Part shown: one piece after another, positions 44,237 to 52,432 of the stretch
Layout: every line of letters begins with the position of its first letter
Position numbering within the stretch: the stretch's first letter is position 1
IMG/VR virus record: IMGVR_UViG_3300045999_009829
Strand: one strand, 5' to 3'
From: a virus
DNA length: 64,000 nt
Made by a program: the position numbers and the translations under genes
Notes under the pieces: generated by a model
Database searches by the model: none
Seen by the model: only the letters and a program-made list of their open reading frames with translations
Told to the model about the DNA's origin: nothing

Positions 44237-44566
44237 ATGGGCGGTGTAGTAGAACTCATAAGCAAGTATGGGTTTCCGATCGTGGCGGCCGGCGGGCTTG
44301 GCTACTTTGTCTACTACGTTTGGATCTGGGCCACCAAGGAAATCAAGCCCGTCCTCTCAGACGCAAGCAGTGTACTTATAGCGCTCATAGACCGAATCCG
44401 AATGCTTGACAACGACTTGATCAGGCTCAACCAGAAGGTCAACGTAGTCCTCATGCTGCGAGAGATGGAGCATGAGGAACTGGTCAAGAAGGCGGCTGAG
44501 TTCCGTCAAGCGGATCGGGAGACCAAGAAGGAAGCGCCTCCCGAAAAGCCGCCTACTTCGAAGTAG
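44237..44566 (+). CDS. Small membrane protein (GFPI family), paralog 2
   Basis: YGFPIVAAGGLGYFVY transmembrane segment plus LIDRIRMLDNDLIRL. Confidence 0.7.
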   Translation: MGGVVELISKYGFPIVAAGGLGYFVYYVWIWATKEIKPVLSDASSVLIALIDRIRMLDNDLIRLNQKVNVVLMLREMEHEELVKKAAEFRQADRETKKEAPPEKPPTSK

Positions 44567-46577
44567 CCCTGTACACGCCGTCAAAGCCCTTCGGCGGAGA
44601 GTAACTTTCCATTCTCTCCGCCATCATCTTGTAGTAGTCAACCAGCTCGCCGTCAAACAGCGGCTTGAGGTTGGGCAGCATTGACCTGGCAATGTCCCAC
44701 CTGCCCTTGCGATACGCGGTCAGGAACTCCTGATGCAGGTTCATCGCCAGTATGTCTCTGTTCTTGACTACGGTATAGATCGACACGGGCTCGGTCTTGC
44801 CCTTGACCGCTAGTAGGTCAAGCTCGACCACGTTGAACTCTCCCATGACTTGCTCTGCGGTCTTTGGACCAAGGACCAACTTCACGCCGTATGGCTTTGA
44901 CTGTCCCTCAAGCCTTGCCGCTAGGTTCACGCTGTCGCCCAAGCACGTGTAGTCAAACCTCTGGTCACTGCCCATGTTGCCGACCACGACTGAACCCGTA
45001 TTGATGCCCAGGCCCATGCCGAACGCAGGCACTCCCTCCTTGGCGATCTCGTCGTTGAACCTCTTTAGGTCGTCAAGCATAGCAAGTGCCGTGCGGACTG
45101 CATCGACTGCGTGCTTTTCGTTGTCAAGCGGAGCATTCCAGAATGCCATCTGGGCATCGCCGATGTACTTATCAAGAGTGCCGTTGTTCTCTAAGATCTT
45201 TGCTGTCATGGCAGTCATGTAGCGATTCATGATCTGAGTCAGGCCCTGGACGTTGTCGCCGTAGTGCTCAGAGATGGTGGTGAATCCTCGAACGTCGGTG
45301 AACATGATCGACAGCTCTCTGGTCTCACCGCCGAGCTTCAAGAGCTCTGGATTCTTCTGCAGCTTCTCCACCATGTCGGGAGACAGGTACGTGCCGAACT
45401 GCTTCTTGATCTGCTGCTTGAGTCTGAACTCCTCCATGGCTCTAGAGAATGCGGCAGCGGAGAACACAAGTATTGCTGCGGTGATAGGGAACACGGCGTC
45501 AAATAGGACCATGTACTCGGCTCTGGCAAACAGCGAGGCGTAGGCGACCCACCCGATTACAAACACCACGACTGGTCCGCCGACTATCAGTCTCGTCCGT
45601 AGGGCCATCAGTATTACCAGTAGACCGACAAGGAGCGATACAGCTAGCTCGTACGTGTCTGCCTCTGCCTGTCTGGTCACAAACAGTCGATTTATGACAG
45701 ATGACAGCTCAGTCGCTATGACCTTTGCCGGCAGCATCTCGCCGTGACTTGTGGCGACCGGGTTGCTGAATCCCTCGGCGGTCAGTGACAGGATGACTAT
45801 CGTTCCGTCCAGATCATCCGGGAGGTCCAGCACTGAGTATGATTCGTACCTGAACGAGCGAACGGGCCAAAGTCGACTGTTGGGGTCTGTGTATAGCAGA
45901 GGTTGCCCGGGTATCCTCAGCACCTCTACACCCAGATCGTTTGATCTGATCTGAAAGCTGACCTCGTCGGACAGCACTCGAAGAGTCTCTAGAATCAGTG
46001 ATGGATAGACCTTGTCGCCCACCGACACAAGCATCGGACTGCGACGAACTACGCCGTCGGGCTCTGGCATGGTGGCTATCATGCCCACGCCAGATGCCGC
46101 TTCAGCAAACTGAGGCAGCGGCGGTATGGCGCCGGGCCATGAGGGCAGGACGTCGTTGATAGGAGGACCGATCAGGGCATAGCCTCTGTCCCTGGCAAAC
46201 GGCTCTCTTGCCTGTGTTGTCGGCGCCTGAGCCAGGATGACCGTGTGCTCTCTCAGGGCATTCTCTAGGTCTGAGTCCTTGCCTGACCTATCAGTCTCCG
46301 AGAACAGTATGGGCACCACTATAGCCGCGGCGCCTCTGTCCATGATGTCGTTGATGTATCGGGCGACAACATCTCTGGGCCATGGCCATTGACCGTTCTG
46401 CTGTAGAGCCGCCTCGTCTATGTTGACTAGCACTATCCCCGGATCGTTGATGACGGCCTGCTGGCGCTCGAGGAAGTCAAAGTACTTCATCCTTGCAACC
46501 TCAACGGGCCATGGATCAAAAGCTCTGATCGCCAGTAAGGCGACTAGGATCAATGCGGAGAGGATGTATTTCTTCAT
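44553..46577 (-). CDS. CHASE2-domain class III adenylate cyclase
   Basis: IV.V.IDE..L...GQWPWPR, D.DGVVR, three TM helices, F..YLSP..V..L, FTDVRGFT, DKYIGDA.MAFW, DYT.LGD.VN.AARLE. Confidence 0.93.
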   Translation of the reverse strand: MKKYILSALILVALLAIRAFDPWPVEVARMKYFDFLERQQAVINDPGIVLVNIDEAALQQNGQWPWPRDVVARYINDIMDRGAAAIVVPILFSETDRSGKDSDLENALREHTVILAQAPTTQAREPFARDRGYALIGPPINDVLPSWPGAIPPLPQFAEAASGVGMIATMPEPDGVVRRSPMLVSVGDKVYPSLILETLRVLSDEVSFQIRSNDLGVEVLRIPGQPLLYTDPNSRLWPVRSFRYESYSVLDLPDDLDGTIVILSLTAEGFSNPVATSHGEMLPAKVIATELSSVINRLFVTRQAEADTYELAVSLLVGLLVILMALRTRLIVGGPVVVFVIGWVAYASLFARAEYMVLFDAVFPITAAILVFSAAAFSRAMEEFRLKQQIKKQFGTYLSPDMVEKLQKNPELLKLGGETRELSIMFTDVRGFTTISEHYGDNVQGLTQIMNRYMTAMTAKILENNGTLDKYIGDAQMAFWNAPLDNEKHAVDAVRTALAMLDDLKRFNDEIAKEGVPAFGMGLGINTGSVVVGNMGSDQRFDYTCLGDSVNLAARLEGQSKPYGVKLVLGPKTAEQVMGEFNVVELDLLAVKGKTEPVSIYTVVKNRDILAMNLHQEFLTAYRKGRWDIARSMLPNLKPLFDGELVDYYKMMAERMESYSPPKGFDGVYRATSK

Positions 46578-47971
46578 TATTGCCCCTGTATCACCGTTAT
46601 GGCTGCACAACTAGCGGTAGCGCAGTTGTGAGTGATTGAGTAGTGCTGTTGGGTGCTGCCCGTCTGTGTAGTCGTGATGGAAGTTGAACCGCCGCTTAAC
46701 TCGATCCTCGCCATGTGGTTGCCAGAACCAGACTGATTCACGTTTACGGTCTTGTTGCCGCCCAATAGGTTGATCTCAGCATAGTGTGACCCTGCGTTCT
46801 GTTGCTGCACCGTTATGGAGTTCACGTTGTTGCCTACAGTAGCAAGAACTCCTCTGGAACCACCGGTGCCTGATTGATTTATGGTTGTAGAGTTATTGCT
46901 TCCTTGGATGGTGGTCTCTATGTAGTTTGTGCTGTTATTGGAGTTCTGTGTGATGTTGGCGATGTTATTGGATCCATTGACTGTGTACTGCGTAAAGTTC
47001 CTTGTGCCCAGCTGAGTGACATTGGCTGTATTGGAGTTGCCGACCTGCTCGATGATCACTCTGCTGTCACCAGTTGCAGTAAACGTCTGCACACGTCCTG
47101 TAAATGCGGCATTGGAGTTGAATGGCGTGGCACTACCGCCGCAGCAAAGAGAGGGTGCGGCCGCGGGCGGGGGCGGGGCGGATGAGCCAGCATTTGGCTG
47201 GACGGGAGCAAACGTCTGCCCGTTCAGTGTGGTCGTGCCCTGAATCTCATCAACTAGTAGGATCGGACTCAAAGCTGTATCACCAAGGTTAAAGCTAGCA
47301 AACCCCAGTGTGTATGTTCCTGTTTCCGGAACCGTAAATGTTGCCACCTGCCATCCAGTTGAGCCGTAGCTGCCGGTAGAGTAGTTGCCCGTGCCGGGAT
47401 TAGTAAACCCAAGCAGTCCGTATCTGCGCTGTAGGTTGTTCAGCGTTGGAATCTTGCTTGCATCCGTAGAGTGGACCAACGTGATCAGAGAGCCGTCATT
47501 GAACGGCGTGTAGTCAGAGGAGATGTACTGCCACGCTATGCTGTAGGTTACCCCGACTTGTAGTGCAACTGATCGCCTCAACCAGACTCCGTTTGTTGGG
47601 GTAGGATTACCACCACCGGTTTGAGCTTGCTGCTGCAGCATAGTTCTTATGGCTGTATTGTCTGCCTGCAGCAATCCAAGGCTAGACACTATGGAATCAA
47701 ATCCAGGAGCTCCGGAGCCAGCTTGTAGTGAGGCCATGTGTGTTCCATGCGGCGTGACATTCCATGTCTTACCGCCACCTGGCGCAAAGTTAGTTACTCC
47801 TGTGACAACAGCCACGCCCACACCATTGGCGCCCCAACCTGTAGGACCACGGGTTGCATTGTTGCTTGCGGTCCATCCAGTTAGGTTGCCAAGCTCAAAT
47901 CCATAGTTGTCCTGAGCCGTTGCTGTGGTAGCAAACAGCAGTACAAACAATGCGGCAAGTAATCTGATCAT
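46577..47971 (-). CDS. Secreted protein: N-terminal beta-sandwich-like domain, Pro linker and C-terminal curlin repeats
   Basis: Signal peptide; FE.G.L.GW start; IEQVGNSN, TQLG..N, NQSG, QSGSGNH repeats. Confidence 0.75.
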   Translation of the reverse strand: MIRLLAALFVLLFATTATAQDNYGFELGNLTGWTASNNATRGPTGWGANGVGVAVVTGVTNFAPGGGKTWNVTPHGTHMASLQAGSGAPGFDSIVSSLGLLQADNTAIRTMLQQQAQTGGGNPTPTNGVWLRRSVALQVGVTYSIAWQYISSDYTPFNDGSLITLVHSTDASKIPTLNNLQRRYGLLGFTNPGTGNYSTGSYGSTGWQVATFTVPETGTYTLGFASFNLGDTALSPILLVDEIQGTTTLNGQTFAPVQPNAGSSAPPPPAAAPSLCCGGSATPFNSNAAFTGRVQTFTATGDSRVIIEQVGNSNTANVTQLGTRNFTQYTVNGSNNIANITQNSNNSTNYIETTIQGSNNSTTINQSGTGGSRGVLATVGNNVNSITVQQQNAGSHYAEINLLGGNKTVNVNQSGSGNHMARIELSGGSTSITTTQTGSTQQHYSITHNCATASCAAITVIQGQ

Positions 47972-49053
47972 CTGTTCCAGATCCTTACTGTTACTCTGCT
48001 TCCACCGTCACCGCTGACCCTAGACTGAGTGTCGACCTCATTGATAGAGATGCTGTATGTCGTGTTGTCGGTGCGCTCGCCGGTGTAGATTCTGATCACG
48101 TTGTTGCGCTGCTCGTCCTCTCTGTGATACCAGTTTCTACCCCTCTCGTTCCCACAAGCGTTGAATGGCCAACACGGGTTCGTGGGGGACACGTCGCCTT
48201 GCATCTCCGCTGTGGATGACACAAGCAATCTAGTCGATGAAGATGACTCTGATTGTTGGTGATTGGATTCAGCGCTACTGGAGGAAGTCGCTCTCTGCTC
48301 CTCGCTCGACACAGCACTGCGGTTGCGGTCCCTTTCTCTAGCCTCATTGCGCTGCTGCTCTGCAGCCAATATGCCCTCGGGCTTGCGCAGGGCTAGATCA
48401 TTGCTGATGGTGGCTATGTTTGCTTCTATTCGGACTGGGGGCAGGGGTTGCTGATTAGCGTCTGTAACGTACGTGGCTGTAAATGGCTGAGTCAGGGTAA
48501 CAGACCCCGCTGCCGTTATGACGTCGATTATGCCCACTGTGCAGTTGCCAGAGATCTCAAAGCGATTGATTTCTCTGGGGTCATTGCACGAGGGAAGCAG
48601 CACCACAAAGCTACGCCCCGCTTCATCCACCGACATCGCCATGTCAGTTCCCCTTACAGCAACTGTGGCTGTAGGAGTTGAGATGTTTAGGTTCTGTCGA
48701 TTGGATCTAGCTATCTGACCAGACGTGTACTGAACTGTGCCCAGAGTGACTCTCATCGCCATCCTGCCAGCATCGGATCGGTTGGGATCGAACACGAAGC
48801 TGTCGATGACTAGTCTGGAGTTCTCTTTGATCTTGACTCTGGTGTTGTCCTGGAACGTGATGTTGGTCTCCGCTCTGGAGCCAACAAGCACGGTGTCCAT
48901 GCTCTCTATGCTTGTGTTCTGTTGACCCGGTATAGAGTTTGAACCTCGTCTGATTTCAACGGTTGTCCCCGTCTGCTCAGAGACTCTGCCGACGGCAGCG
49001 TGAGCCACCGTCGGCATTAGGCATAACAATAATCCCACCAGTAGCTTTTTCAT
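47968..49053 (-). CDS. FecR-domain secreted/periplasmic protein
   Basis: Signal peptide; I.F.D.T.V.I.ENS.L.ID.FVFDP, G....SG.IA, TPTATVAVRGTD. Confidence 0.88.
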   Translation of the reverse strand: MKKLLVGLLLCLMPTVAHAAVGRVSEQTGTTVEIRRGSNSIPGQQNTSIESMDTVLVGSRAETNITFQDNTRVKIKENSRLVIDSFVFDPNRSDAGRMAMRVTLGTVQYTSGQIARSNRQNLNISTPTATVAVRGTDMAMSVDEAGRSFVVLLPSCNDPREINRFEISGNCTVGIIDVITAAGSVTLTQPFTATYVTDANQQPLPPVRIEANIATISNDLALRKPEGILAAEQQRNEARERDRNRSAVSSEEQRATSSSSAESNHQQSESSSSTRLLVSSTAEMQGDVSPTNPCWPFNACGNERGRNWYHREDEQRNNVIRIYTGERTDNTTYSISINEVDTQSRVSGDGGSRVTVRIWNR

Positions 49054-49057
49054 GCTA

Positions 49058-49726
49058 CTATCTGCCGGTGGAGATCGTTACTGCGTTTGAGTTACCGGTT
49101 GTAGTTAGATTAACAGTCGTGTCTGCGGTGCCATGCTGAGTGATAGAGTGCGTGTTGCTTGTGCCGGTGATTGCGGCGACAAGTACGTGACCTGCACCAG
49201 CGCTTGCCCCAGTCATTGAGCTTGTAAGTGTGTTAGAGTCACCGAGGATCGTGATAGAGCTTGAGCTGCTGTTTGTGGTGATGGTCTGTGTCACAGCATT
49301 TGAGTTGCCTGTGATGTCAAGTGTGTTGGTGATGTTGCTGCCTCTGATAGTTGAGGTAACGGTGTTGAGATCACCAGCGATCGTCATTGTGCTAGTTACG
49401 GCCGTGCATGCAGTCGTGTTGTTGCCGCAGTTGAACGTGATCTGGTTTGTGTCGCCAGTCACGGTCTTTGTGATGGTGTTGTTGTCACCGATCACCTCAT
49501 AGTCAATGATGTTGGCGTCACCTGTCTGAGTTGTCGATAGTGTGTTGTTGCTACCAGTGATGCTAGATGGGGACTGTGCAGTTCCTACGCGGTTGGTGTT
49601 TCCCATCTGTGTGATGTTAACTGTATTGGTGCTACCGACCTGCTCGATGTGAACTAGGTTCTGAGCAAGCAGAGGTGAAGCTGTTAGTAGAAAAAGACCT
49701 ACTGCAGCTACTATTTTTCTGAGCAT
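49058..49726 (-). CDS. Curlin-like (CsgA/CsgB-type) repeat protein
   Basis: Signal peptide ending in LA-Q, then many 11-residue I/V-x-Q/I-x-G-x-x-N repeats. Confidence 0.8.
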   Translation of the reverse strand: MLRKIVAAVGLFLLTASPLLAQNLVHIEQVGSTNTVNITQMGNTNRVGTAQSPSSITGSNNTLSTTQTGDANIIDYEVIGDNNTITKTVTGDTNQITFNCGNNTTACTAVTSTMTIAGDLNTVTSTIRGSNITNTLDITGNSNAVTQTITTNSSSSSITILGDSNTLTSSMTGASAGAGHVLVAAITGTSNTHSITQHGTADTTVNLTTTGNSNAVTISTGR

Positions 49727-49742
49727 TTTCCGTCCTATTTGA

Positions 49743-50552
49743 TTATGGTGAAGTGGGTGCAAATTGCCAGACGCCTCTTCGTTCACCATCAAATATTATT
49801 TCAGTTACAGCGCCCAAAATAGCCAATTGTACTGCATAGTTCATGCTTTCATTAGAAGCAGCACCGGTCTCCATCTCCAATGACCGTGTGCCGAGTTCAT
49901 TGAACCTGAGCACACTTACCTTGTCTTGCCAGCTGACAACAGTCTTGCTGACAGTTACCGACGAAAGAACTTCGCCCGTGGCTACGCTTACAGCACGAAG
50001 GTTGACCACTACTTCATCTTGCCTGTACTCGGTTAGACCGCCGATGCCCAGGACCCTGGCGCCAAGACCGCCACTCATTAGATTTGAGTCGTAGCCTATG
50101 ATGCCGCCTTCAAAGATCATGCCGGCAAACACGAGCGGTGGGAGTGGTCTTGCGTTTGGACCCTCATACAGCTCGCGCATCTGACGAATCAGCTGGCGCT
50201 CCTTGATCAGGTTGTCCAATCCGCCTCGCTCGACTACTCGGAACCAACGGCCGTTGCCAACCGTCTGCAGCGTACGAACTAGATACGCGTCAGCACCCTG
50301 AGTCACTGCGGAGCTCAAGGTGGCTATGTTTTGACTTGCTCTTCTCTGACCTGTTAGGTCTCTGAACTGATACACGGCAACCGTGACTGCACCTGTGGCA
50401 GGCGCCGGTATCTCTCTGGGAGTTTCTAGTGCTGGATTGACAAGCTCCGGGTCTCTTGTTCCGAGCCCGACTTGCTCTCGTAGGTCTCTACCGAGCTGAC
50501 CGCAGCCAGACAGTAGCAGACCCGCTAAGATGATGATGGGGATGTTCTTCAT
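49743..50552 (-). CDS. csgG: Curli secretion channel lipoprotein CsgG
   Basis: Lipobox LSGC; VAVY.F.DLTGQR, SSAVTQG, WF.VVER.GL.NL.KERQLIR, EGGI.GYDSN, YR.D.V.V.LR.VSV.TGE.L..V...KT. Confidence 0.95.
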   Translation of the reverse strand: MKNIPIIILAGLLLSGCGQLGRDLREQVGLGTRDPELVNPALETPREIPAPATGAVTVAVYQFRDLTGQRRASQNIATLSSAVTQGADAYLVRTLQTVGNGRWFRVVERGGLDNLIKERQLIRQMRELYEGPNARPLPPLVFAGMIFEGGIIGYDSNLMSGGLGARVLGIGGLTEYRQDEVVVNLRAVSVATGEVLSSVTVSKTVVSWQDKVSVLRFNELGTRSLEMETGAASNESMNYAVQLAILGAVTEIIFDGERRGVWQFAPTSP

Positions 50553-51001
50553 GGCGCCATCCACCCAAAGTCCCCGATGGGCACATTCATGGTGGTGACT
50601 GAACCGGCAGAGTCCCTGATGGTCACTGCTATCAGATTACCGGTCTTTGAGTACGATATAGTACCGCCATTGAAGGCAAAGGTACCCGAGGCTTGAGCAC
50701 CAGTGCCTTCAAATAGCTTTTCGGTAATCTGTCTGGCTAGTTCGTTGTAGACTCTACTCTCTAGGTTTGTGATGAACCTAGCCATAGTGGTGTTCTGAGC
50801 TGTCTGCTCGGCTCTGAGCTGCGCTGCCTTTCTTTCGGCTTCGACAGCTATCCTTCTTGACAGCTCCATGTTGTAGACAGTAAGCACATGACTGCTGTAG
50901 CCAACACCCGAGAAGGCAGGCGAGTTGAATTGGAAGAGTATTTCACTTGATTTCGCGGGATTAATGATGAAGACCATAACGATGAGAAGCAGTGCTCTCA
51001 T
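50549..51001 (-). CDS. csgF: Curli assembly component CsgF
   Basis: Signal peptide; F.F.SPAFSG.G...H.L, F..NLESR.Y..LA.Q, G..T...VP. Confidence 0.85.
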   Translation of the reverse strand: MRALLLIVMVFIINPAKSSEILFQFNSPAFSGVGYSSHVLTVYNMELSRRIAVEAERKAAQLRAEQTAQNTTMARFITNLESRVYNELARQITEKLFEGTGAQASGTFAFNGGTISYSKTGNLIAVTIRDSAGSVTTMNVPIGDFGWMAP

Positions 51002-51006
51002 TCGAT

Positions 51007-51047
51007 GTCTCCTGGACCACTATTGGTCCTTGCGGAGACTATTTATG
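51007..51047 (-). promoter_or_regulatory. Late promoter CATAAATA plus an SD-sequestering two-part hairpin in front of csgF
   Basis: The - strand reads CATAAATA-GTCTCC-GCAA-GGACCA-ATAG-TGGTCC-A-GGAGAC-ATCGA-ATG. Confidence 0.75.
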
Positions 51048-51049
51048 GT

Positions 51050-51700
51050 TTAACTCTGGGTTAGGAACTTGAAGTACTTACTAATTTCACCCCAGGCAGA
51101 CGTGGCGACCTCGATGTGCTCCTTCTGTGTGCCGTTCTCCATGCGGAGCTCACAGTAGTGGATCCAGGAACGCAGAGTGCCGTTCATATACATTCGTGAG
51201 AGAGTCAGGCCCTCAGGCAGTACTGCACGTGCCTGTTCCTTAGCGATACCAGCTTTGATAGCTTCACTGTATACAAATTCAGCAGTATCCCACACGCTAC
51301 GCTGATGGAAATGCCACCAGTCTTGCAGTTCTTGGTCTTCAACCTCAATGCTGTTCTGTCGATTCTTGGTGTCCTGCAGTCGAGCCTCGCGAGTCACAAA
51401 GCCGAGGTCCTTGGTCGGATCGGCGTAGCGCTGGGAAAACTCCTGGAAAGAGAATGAGCGGTGCCGAAGGATCTGTCGGGCAATGTCACGTGTCGTCTCG
51501 ATTTCCATGACCACGTTGACCATCTCGAACACGCTGAAGTGCTTGTGGCGGATGCAGTATCGAAGAAGCTTCTCGCTTGTCTCGGAGTTGATCTGGTTGG
51601 ATGGATTGGAGACTCGAGCCGCATACGCAATGAACTGATCTGAGGTATCTACGCCCTCGATCAGTGGGTTGGTGATGGCTACAATCTTAGCGCTGTTCAT
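51050..51700 (-). CDS. thyX: Flavin-dependent thymidylate synthase
   Basis: ARVSNP, H.S.FE, RQILRHRSFSFQEFSQRY, KE.AR.VLP, RSWIHY..LR, Q.EH. Confidence 0.95.
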   Translation of the reverse strand: MNSAKIVAITNPLIEGVDTSDQFIAYAARVSNPSNQINSETSEKLLRYCIRHKHFSVFEMVNVVMEIETTRDIARQILRHRSFSFQEFSQRYADPTKDLGFVTREARLQDTKNRQNSIEVEDQELQDWWHFHQRSVWDTAEFVYSEAIKAGIAKEQARAVLPEGLTLSRMYMNGTLRSWIHYCELRMENGTQKEHIEVATSAWGEISKYFKFLTQS

Positions 51701-51875
51701 TCTGAATGTTCCTCTCATGGTATCCTGTCGTGAACATGTGCCAGAGCTTCATGTCACGCTTTGGTAGGTCAAGCGCCATCTTCATGTAGAAACGGCCGTT
51801 ATCTCGATCGTCGTCGTCTGCACAGTGACGACCCTCAAGGTAAGCGTAGAGGACTTCCTGGTCCTTAAGCTTCAT
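51687..51875 (-). CDS. Hypothetical protein
   Basis: Coupled small ORF. Confidence 0.45.
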   Translation of the reverse strand: MKLKDQEVLYAYLEGRHCADDDDRDNGRFYMKMALDLPKRDMKLWHMFTTGYHERNIQNEQR

Positions 51876-52098
51876 CGGTCGGCGGTCCATTTTGCTTGAG
51901 TGTCTCCTGCGCTGCTTCATTCATGGCTTCCATGAGCCCGATATCGGAATCCTTTACGGCATCTGTCAGGACTTTCATGATTCCGATCTTTGCAAAGGCA
52001 CGGATTGCATCCCATTCCATTTCAAACATGACCGTTGCAGATCCGTCCTCGTTGTCGATGATCTTTGTGATTTCCATCTTACCAAGCTCGTTGCTCAT
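51865..52098 (-). CDS. Hypothetical protein
   Basis: NEDGSAT motif common in phage small proteins. Confidence 0.55.
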   Translation of the reverse strand: MSNELGKMEITKIIDNEDGSATVMFEMEWDAIRAFAKIGIMKVLTDAVKDSDIGLMEAMNEAAQETLKQNGPPTDEA

Positions 52099-52432
52099 GT
52101 TTGGCTCCCATCTTCTCAATTACAAACTTAGCCAGTTGCTCTATTCGTTGGCGCTCTGGATGACCGTGGATCCACATGCCCGTGAAGGGATCAAAGTTCT
52201 TGCGGAACCATTTATCCAGGTCAGGTCGTCGCGTGTCTACACTCAGGTCGATCGACTTAGCAAGCTCGTCAAACTCGGAGTCCGACATGACGGGGCAGTG
52301 CAGAATTTCATAGGCAAATGCGGCTACCGTAAGCCGAATCCTGCGCCGAGTCTCATCACACACCCTGTCACTATAGGGCCCGTTGTCGACTTCGTCAACC
52401 AAAAAGGCTTCCAGGTTCATGCTTTGCTCCAC
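52079..52432 (-). CDS. Stand-alone NAD-ligase domain Ia-like protein
   Basis: AAFAYE...P.MSDSEFD.L resembles LigA subdomain Ia (YY..D.P..SD.EYD.L). Confidence 0.55.
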   Translation of the reverse strand: MEQSMNLEAFLVDEVDNGPYSDRVCDETRRRIRLTVAAFAYEILHCPVMSDSEFDELAKSIDLSVDTRRPDLDKWFRKNFDPFTGMWIHGHPERQRIEQLAKFVIEKMGAKHEQRAW

